This document shows, one piece after another, positions 56,154-64,000 of a stretch of 64,000 nucleotides of DNA. The stretch's first letter is position 1; every line of letters begins with the position of its first letter. The position numbers and the translations under genes are program-made. Source of the stretch: Bacteroidota bacterium. GTDB lineage: Bacteria; Bacteroidota; Bacteroidia; AKYH767-A; OLB10. Below the pieces are notes generated by a model. That model worked only from the letters and a program-made list of their open reading frames with translations. It did no database searches and was not told where the DNA came from. The stretch lies in contig JADJMG010000008.1 in NCBI GenBank assembly GCA_016709725.1, positions 67,189-131,188 on the forward strand, in the 5' to 3' direction.

Positions 56154-57573
56154 GTGACTTAGCCTGAAATAGGTTGACTTTTTAATTAGATTGTATTTAA
56201 TGTTGACTTTTTTCTTTTTTGCTTCTTTTTTCTTTTTTGTTAGCAACTGGCATTTCTGTTAATAATGGATGTGACCATTTATACACAGTCATTTGCGGAC
56301 GATCTTTTTCATCTAGACTGCTAATATACTGTTCGTATTCAACAGGGGTCCTATTACCTAAACTTGAATGTGGTCGTTCATTGTTATAGAGCCATAATAT
56401 TTGCATTATTTTCCTCTGAATATTTTCTTCAGTAATCATCTCTGGATTCAAATATTCATACTTTATTGTTCCCTGTACTCGTTCAGCATATGCATTTTCT
56501 TGAGGAAGTTTACACATGCTAGGAGTCATTTCTAATTCTTTTATTAGTGCTATTTGAAGTTGACTTATATATTGTGTTCCTCTGTCTGAGTGGAAAATAC
56601 ATCCTTTAAATGTTAATCCATTACGAGCTTTTATTGCCTTTCTCAATGCTACTACATTCTGTTCTGCCCGCAAAGTCTTAGATACATGTAATGCAAGTAA
56701 TCTACGTGAATAGACGTCGATAATACATACACCATAATAAGATTTACCTGCAACATCGAAGTAAAAAAATATCTGATTGAAGTGCTTGATTCAATCCATT
56801 AAATACTTTTCCTTCTAAGTGATTATCGAATATTGCCAACTTAGTTGCCCAGGTAGTTCTATGCTTATTCCTTACAATTTGAAGTTTAAAGCCATTGGAA
56901 AATCCAATTTGCTCGAAGTTATCTCTGCCAACTTGCATTGTGTTTTTAACTCTAGAATACATCTTACGACAACTCATTCGCTTGTGATTTTTACGAATTT
57001 TGTTACATACTTTAATGACTTCTTTTGATACACTAGAAATATATTCTTGCCGCAATCTATATTTATAAATTGCTTGTTTACTTATCCCAGCTGCAATATA
57101 CAAATCCTTCATTTTGTAGTGGTGGGTGGTTCGTTTTTCGACTCGGAATCGCTCGAGGGCTCCTTTGATAAATTTTTTTTTAAATCTGTCTTAAATTCCT
57201 CGTTAGCTAAATCAATGATCTTAGAAAGTAAATCTACTTCCATTTGTTTACGACCCAAGGCCGCCTCCAAGTCCTTTATGCGACGTTCTAGTTCTTGGCT
57301 GCGATAAGCTTCGCTTTTATCTTCTACTACCATAACCCTATTTTTTATCAAATGTCGGGAATATCGGTAAATCCAGTTGTAAATGGTTTGAATGCATACT
57401 CCTAGCTCATGACTGGCTTGTATTACAGTGCATTTGCCTTGCTCCACATCCTTCACAACAGAGCGTTGAACGGCTTCACTGAAGACTCGTCGCTGCTCTA
57501 AATACTTTGTTTTTTTTACTTTTTTCGTTTCCATTTTAGGTTGATTTTTTGGTCAACCTATTTCAGTCACGCA
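56153..57573 (-). mobile_element. IS3-family insertion sequence (~1.42 kb). OrfA is 57109..57534. OrfB is 56197..57112, in the -1 frame relative to orfA and additionally broken at a T7/A7 run (56720-56730). Imperfect terminal inverted repeats TGTGACTtagcCTGAAATAGGTTGAC / GGTCAACCTATTTCAGTCACGCA.
   Basis: OrfA has an HTH plus leucine zipper. OrfB has an rve DDE core (HSDRGTQY...ERPHSSL). The ATG of orfB overlaps the orfA stop in the -1 frame (ACAAAATGAAGG). Terminal IRs identified by eye. Confidence 0.8.
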
Positions 57574-57582
57574 CACTAGAAG

Positions 57583-59151
57583 CTAATCCTTAACAACAAA
57601 TTTACGAGTTAGAATAATATCACCTTGTATAACTCGAATGAAATAAACACCAGCCTGTAGTGAGAATTCTATTAAACGTTGATTGTCATTCAGCAAACCT
57701 GATTGTACTACTTGCCCTGCTACAGAGTAAATAACATAATTAAACTCACCAGTTGGCATTCCAATTATACTTATATAATCTTGTGCAGGCACTGGAGCGA
57801 CAACCCATGCGTTATCATTTTGCAACTGTTGAATTCCAGTAGGGGTTGCTTGCAATCGCCACGAAGACATTGAATAGTTCAAACTTTGAGAATCGTAGAT
57901 CGATGCCCCTACAAATAGCGTATTGAAATCGGATTGAATCATATTAACTTCACCAAAGCCCACGGTATCGAGTAAAACTAAACTTGACGTTTGCACACCC
58001 ATTGAATTCATGCGCACCAAATAATAATTTTGCAAACTATTGGAAAGGGCAATACTCTTATCTGTCAATAAGGTAATAGTACCGGTTGAATCGATCACTT
58101 GTGCTCTTGCATGATAATCGACTCCCGCAGTTTGTGCAAGCGGAGAAATAAATAAAGAGTCGCCCGTAAATCGATTAATTCCTCGAAGCTCAACTTCTGG
58201 AGATGTCAATCCAACAGTTTGATACTTCGTGTGTGAAATGTAAAGCATCGAATCAAAAGAACATAGACCTATAGGATCTGAAAGATAACCTGAAGTATAG
58301 GATTGAATCCACAATGGCTGCAAAGTAGTATCGGCGCATACAACGCCATAATGTGATCCTGCGGACATACCTAAAGACTGCATATCTAACAAATACAATT
58401 TATCTTCTTTGAAAAGCACATCTGAAATAAGGTTGCTATAATAGTTTGAAAGGGATATGCTAGCAACGGTTTGTCCTGCTGTATCCAACTTTAATAGCAT
58501 AGCATGAGATGGTGAACCCGTAAACCCTGTCATGCAATTCAAGTACAAATGCTTTTCATAATAGGTAATACCAAGTCCTTGCTGTGTTGAAGGGATAAGC
58601 ATCGACCACAACTGCTGTCCTGCAGGAGAATACTTAAGTAATTTTGCTTTATACGTTCCACTCAAACTGTATCCAGTAAAATAATAATTGTTTGCATCAT
58701 CAACACAAACTCCCATCCCTTGATCATAAAGTTGACTGGTTCCATCGATGGTATCCAACCACAACAACTGTCCTGCACTACTATATTTCATTATTAAAAT
58801 ATCATTGAGGTTGGAGGCATTAAAATACTCACCACATAAAATTAAATCTCCGTTCAAATCCAATGTTGCCGCAACTATGGTTTCATTCTTCCCAGCAGGA
58901 CCTGCATAAGTAGTTCGCCAAATTTCTGCGCCTTGATCATCATACTTTGCAATCAAAAGATCACTTCTTGTTTGCCCAGCGGGAATCAATCTACCGATAG
59001 TATAAACGAAGCCAGTATCCTTCACCAGTAAACTCGTGTATTCATCACCATTGGCGCCATCATCCAATATTTGTTGCCAGCTAACCTGGAACTGCGCAGT
59101 TGCATTGAGCTTACACAGAACGACTAGAAGTAAAACTATAATTCTAAGCAT
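57583..59151 (-). CDS. SBBP-repeat beta-propeller T9SS cargo protein (paralog class of 19331..20769)
   Basis: Signal peptide, propeller blades, type-A CTD ...VYFIRVIQGDIILTRKFVVKD. Confidence 0.65.
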   Translation of the reverse strand: MLRIIVLLLVVLCKLNATAQFQVSWQQILDDGANGDEYTSLLVKDTGFVYTIGRLIPAGQTRSDLLIAKYDDQGAEIWRTTYAGPAGKNETIVAATLDLNGDLILCGEYFNASNLNDILIMKYSSAGQLLWLDTIDGTSQLYDQGMGVCVDDANNYYFTGYSLSGTYKAKLLKYSPAGQQLWSMLIPSTQQGLGITYYEKHLYLNCMTGFTGSPSHAMLLKLDTAGQTVASISLSNYYSNLISDVLFKEDKLYLLDMQSLGMSAGSHYGVVCADTTLQPLWIQSYTSGYLSDPIGLCSFDSMLYISHTKYQTVGLTSPEVELRGINRFTGDSLFISPLAQTAGVDYHARAQVIDSTGTITLLTDKSIALSNSLQNYYLVRMNSMGVQTSSLVLLDTVGFGEVNMIQSDFNTLFVGASIYDSQSLNYSMSSWRLQATPTGIQQLQNDNAWVVAPVPAQDYISIIGMPTGEFNYVIYSVAGQVVQSGLLNDNQRLIEFSLQAGVYFIRVIQGDIILTRKFVVKD

Positions 59152-59212
59152 AATCCTTTCGATTTACAACCTAAAAATAATAATTAAATTTATACAAACA
59201 AGAAAAGATAAA

Positions 59213-62200
59213 TCAATGCTTCACCACAAACTTTCTACTCTGTGTGTTACCATCTCTAGTAATCCGCATAAAGTACACTCCATCAGAGAACAAACTGGTA
59301 TTCAACTTAAATTCATTCCTTCCTTCATTCGAATCTATTTCTTTTTGGTAAATAGTTTGTCCAAGGATATCAATACATGACAGTTGTACTTTTTCGTTAT
59401 TCAATGAATTCCATGTTATGTTAAGTTCATCTTGCGTTGGATTCGGATAAAGTATGAGACTATTGATTTCTTCATCCTGCAATCGAGGACAATTAATTAA
59501 GGTAACATTTAAATGCGATTTGCGCTTATGCCACAACTATTAATTGCTTTTACTTTTAATGCTAACACATTACCAACTGATCCTGTAAAATTTAATAAAA
59601 TTGAATTTGTTCCTTGTCCACTTATCAAACTTGCACCTGCAGGATCGTCCAAGTGTAGATACTTGCTCCAGCTGTAGCATTGCAGGAATACACAATATTT
59701 TGTCCATTATAACAGGGATTGGATGGCCCAGTTATCGTAGAAGGTGCAGCAGGTTTTCCTTTTAAAGTTTTGAAAGAATTTACAGCGCTTCCACATAAAC
59801 TTGTAGCCGAAACAATGATGTCACCAGTGATGAAGCTGCTATTAAAAGTAACATTAACTGAATTCGTACCTTGCCCTGAATTAATAATTGCTCCTACGGG
59901 AACTGACCATCAATAATTTATTCCAGGAAGATTTACAACTGAATAAGTTTTTGTAAGTCCACAAACACCGTTTGCTGTTCCTGTAATATTTCCAATAGAA
60001 CTTAAGCTGGCGGTTGCTTCAATGGTTAAACAACGATAGCCAGAATTACCGCAAGTATTTTGCGTCCGAACACAAACATCTCCTTGAACATTCGTGGCAT
60101 TTCCTGTAACCGTAATTGCATTCGTTCCATTTCCATTCAATATTATTAAACCTGATGGAACTGTCCAGTTATAGTAACTACTTCCAAATACAACATTGGT
60201 TGAAAACACAACGGTGTCAGAAGCACAAAAAAGGTTGGGGCCATTCACTGCAGTAGGTTTAGCTGGTTTACCATAAATAGTTTTCGTACGTGCATTACTG
60301 TTACCACAAACATTGGAAGCAACAACAGAAAGTACACCTGAAACAAATGAAGTGCTATATTGAATACTCACGGCATTAGTTCCTTGTCCTGATAAGATGG
60401 AAGCGCCAACAGGTGCTGTCCATAAATAAGTAACATTCGCAACATTGGTTACTGAATAACTTCGTGTTAAACCACACACACCAAATCCTGAACCTGTAAT
60501 GGTAGAGGGAACAGATGGAACACTTGAATTGGCAACTAAATTCAAACACATGGGGGCAGTTGTACCACATACATTGGATGCGGTTACGCATAATATTCCA
60601 GCGGTGAAATTACTTGCGAAATTTACGACAAGAACATTAGTCCCATTTCCAGATACAATGGTCGTGTTAGCGGGAATTGTCCATTGATAATTGGTAGCTC
60701 CTAGTGAAGCGGGAACCGTGAAAGTAATGTTTGATGACCCCGCACATACCGAAGGGGAACCAATAATATTACTTAACGGTGCGGGTGGTTGATTGAGCAC
60801 ATTTAAAGTAAAAGAAGCCGATGACGTTAATCCATTACCGTCAGTAACGGTAACCGTATACGTTCCGGTTGTCAAATTACTTAAACTAGAAACAGCACTT
60901 CCATTACTCCAAAAATAAGCGTAAGGAGAAACTCCTCCAGTAACCGTGAGCACTATAGCTCCGTCGTTTCCTCCGGGGCAGGTTTCATGTGTAATAGTTC
61001 CACTCACGGAAAGAGCAGAATTAGGTCCATATCCGCAGGGAGTAGTATTAGCAGTGATCAACCATGGATTCGAATTCCCATTGGGACTTGAAGGTATTGC
61101 ATATGGACTCGTTTGAACCGGAATAATTGGCCAATCCCAACTCGTAACTCTAACAGAATCATAAGCAGGGGAAGCATTGACACCATAGCTTTGAGTGTAT
61201 GTAACCGTAGTGTATGGAGTTATCAATCGCATCCAATAATCAACAACAGACGTTGCTCGATAAGGCTGTGCTTTCCCTTGATTAAATGCAGACATACCAG
61301 TAGCTCTTTCTGAAGTTGTAAATCGATACATAATATCGGCAACTGGATTTGCTCCTGTTTTACTTAATATCCAATAACGATCCACTGCTCCGGCAGCATT
61401 ATTTGCACCCGCTAAATTATTAATATGGGTAACTGTTGGAGGCAATGGTAAATTTCCTGGAGCATTGTACGTTGAGATGTCCATGTCTCCCATATTTCCA
61501 CTTTTATGTAAAAACGAAAAAGGAATATAAAGCGGAGCTGCAATGGCACCACTACCGAAAGGCACCACACGATAACCGAATACTGAATTAATGTTTTTCC
61601 AAATCACAGATGCAGTTGCACTTTCGGAGATTAAAAAGCCATTGGTTCTTTCAAACGCACCTTTAGGAGAAACTAAGTTTCCTGTTGCACTCATTGCGCC
61701 TGGATTGTTCATGGTTAACGAATAGGTATTCATCCTCAATTGTCCTTGAGAAAGAATTAAGGAGGTATCAATCGATATAGCACGCATCATGGTTACAAAT
61801 TGGGAAGCAGCACCTTTATTAATTTCCAACTCGTTGAAAGTAGTAGACTGAGTACCTGCAATAGTTTGCGCAACGGTACTATCCATTTTTACTCGACTAT
61901 AACCTGCCTCAAAGATCCCATTATTCAACCAATCTTCTTGTATATTAATTATCGCTTTACTGTAAGGTCGAATAATTAAGAATGTAAAATTAGGACGGAA
62001 AGAACTTAATCCACTAAAGAAATTATCCGTTACACCCGCACCAGGAAACAAAGCACAACCTGCACCAGCATTGGTTGTTGAAGATAGAATCAGCGTTGAT
62101 TTAACTCCTGTTGTTTGGGTAATGCTGATCCGATCATCATTGGATCCGATATTAGCTGAATTGTCAAAACAATATTGAATCAAGATATTATTGACACCAT

Positions 62201-64000
62201 CCCATACAATAGGTGTTGCTAAATTGATGGTATTTACTCCAGGGAAAGTAGTTGTTAACGCTGTTGGGCCATAAACGGTTGTAAATGGACCAGCATAGGG
62301 TGTAGTACTCGCATGCTGCGTAAACGGAACCAACGCATAGCTTACCGTAAATCCACCAAAGGCAGCGGTACTCCCTTTAAAATTTAAACTAAACTGTATT
62401 CCAGTAATATTATCATTGGGCGCTAGTCCCGCCAATGTTAATTCAGCTTGAGAATAAATAATTTGCGTTCGAGCATCTGTGCTTTGTGCTTTGAGAAGAG
62501 TATAAATATTGTTTATGATTGTTCCATTACCGTATTTCAAATTTTTAGTTAATGAATTGATCACTTTTACAGTGCCATTATTAATTAAATCTTTTCTCAA
62601 TTTTAATGCATTCGCACTTGCATTTGGAGCGTCTATAATTAAAGAATCCAATGAAGAAATCGTCAAGTTGTTTGCATTACCCCCAACTGTCGACTGAATC
62701 GTTGGACAGAAATAAGGACGTGTTGAAATTCCAGAAGGAGGAAATACTTGCACCCGATCTACTACAGCATCATCAGAAATAGCAGGAACACCTCCACACC
62801 AGTTTCCAGGGCTATTCCAATCGTCTGTATTTCCTAACCACAATTTATATCCTACAGGACAGTTAGGAGAAATAACAATATTAAAATCTTCAATCTCTCC
62901 ATAATTTTGTTGAGAACAAGGATCAATATTTGAACTGGCAAAAACCTCGCGCACTCTCATACGTGTTAACCCAGTATAACCTGCTACAGGGGTAACGAAT
63001 GGTATACTCAACGTTTGATTTGCACCGCAATTTACTTGTCCTAATTTTTCGCCAGCATCAATAAAATCACCATCTCGATTATAATCGATGAATACAGCAA
63101 TATTATTATTTGATAACCATGTTCCAGCTTGCACTGCTATAGAATAGGCAGTTCCTTGAGTCAATACTACAGTTCGTCCTGCTACAGGATCCCACAATTC
63201 ATAATCGGGTGGATGTGCTGTAAAGTCACAACCAGCACCACCATTTGACACCAAACATGGCAAGTTAGAAGGTAACCCTGTATTATTATTTGTTGGCCCA
63301 ACAGATGTATTAATTGCAGTTCCACTTGCGCCATTTAAAACAACCGATTGAATAAAATCATTATTGGTGTAACTAAAAACATTACCTGAAGTTCCATGCG
63401 TGTATGATCCAATACAATACGGCAATCCAATTTGACTTGCGCCTGGCAGAGAGAATCCTCCAGCACTAGGAGTAACTGTAACACCCGAACCTCCAGGTGA
63501 TGGACAAGTACCAGCAGTTCCACCCACTGCGGAACTACGCAAATCAGCATCAACAAAATTATTGCTGGTAGCAGTAGCTTTAATATCGTACGTCAACCAG
63601 AAATAGGTAGTATCGTATTCTAGATACATACACGATGTAGCTCCATTTACAAAATCGAGATTGGTACCGGGAGCAGCTATGATTTGTCCAAATCTGCGAA
63701 CTGGATAATCATCAGTTCCAGCAGTAACTGGAAATGGACTTACATAATTCGTGTCAAAGAGTGTACTACCACCTGTGTAATAAATTTTTGCATCATCAAT
63801 ATCTAATACATTGGTAGTTCCATTGGTGTTCATTAAAATCGAATCCAATTTTACTGCGGTAGAAAGAACTCCATTCACAACACCACAACCACTTGTACCC
63901 CGATAATACAACGAAGGCCAACAATCATTTGATTGTTGGTACTTTCACCTACCGACGCACCATTTTGTAAAAACATATCCAACTTTACATCGCTTGCTAA
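59213..64000 (-). CDS. Giant cell-surface adhesin-like T9SS cargo protein (SprB repeat, multiple ~95-aa Cys-bracketed Ig-like repeats, type-A CTD). The N-terminus is at or past the window end. The C-terminal 700 bp are broken by at least three frameshifts (59530-59910).
   Basis: The 1333-aa ORF 59910..63911 contains HETCPGGNDGAIVLTVTGGVSPYAYFWSNG...GTYTVTVTDGNG (SprB repeat). It also has repeated GKP..P..I.G....C....YSV...V..Y.WT.P.GA.I.SGQGTN units. The CTD ORF 59213..59536 reads LILYPNPTQDELNI...GVYFMRITRDG. Intervening repeats are readable in shifted frames. Confidence 0.6.

Overview
This 64-kb window looks like chromosome from an AT-rich Bacteroidota genome of the gliding/T9SS type. At the left edge is the T9SS translocon gene sprA (minus strand, running off the window), then ruvA and maeB. 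The window carries at least ten T9SS cargo genes with type-A or type-B C-terminal sorting domains. These include SBBP and FG-GAP beta-propeller proteins, a lipase-like esterase, an Omp28-related protein and a giant SprB-repeat adhesin at the right edge. An Omp28-related / TlpA thioredoxin / beta-barrel outer-membrane cluster sits at 23.0-26.4 kb. A heavy-metal resistance island at 31.1-41.5 kb has a P1B ATPase, a cytochrome-c/beta-propeller fusion, His-rich periplasmic proteins and a CzcCBA-type RND pump. The island is bordered on its left by a degraded IS1634-like transposase that also truncates an FG-GAP paralog. At 50576-50646 a tRNA-Cys(GCA) gene is followed by three copies of a ~150-bp structured module, each ending in an 18-bp copy of the tRNA 3' end (stacked att-site-like scars). 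This is the most unusual structure in the window. Other noteworthy elements are a 4-unit 40-bp hairpin tandem repeat (8.6-8.8 kb), a tandemly triplicated family of small secreted disulfide-loop proteins with cloned terminators (43.0-45.2 kb), and an intact IS3-family element (56.15-57.57 kb) abutting a (GGATGTT)n microsatellite. There are also several AT-rich islets with orphan or decayed genes. More than ten genes, including sprA and ruvA, are split by single-base indels in homopolymer runs. This points to long-read consensus errors superimposed on some real pseudogenes (in-frame stops, multi-stop remnants). All functional calls come from reading motifs in the translated ORFs, with no database search available.
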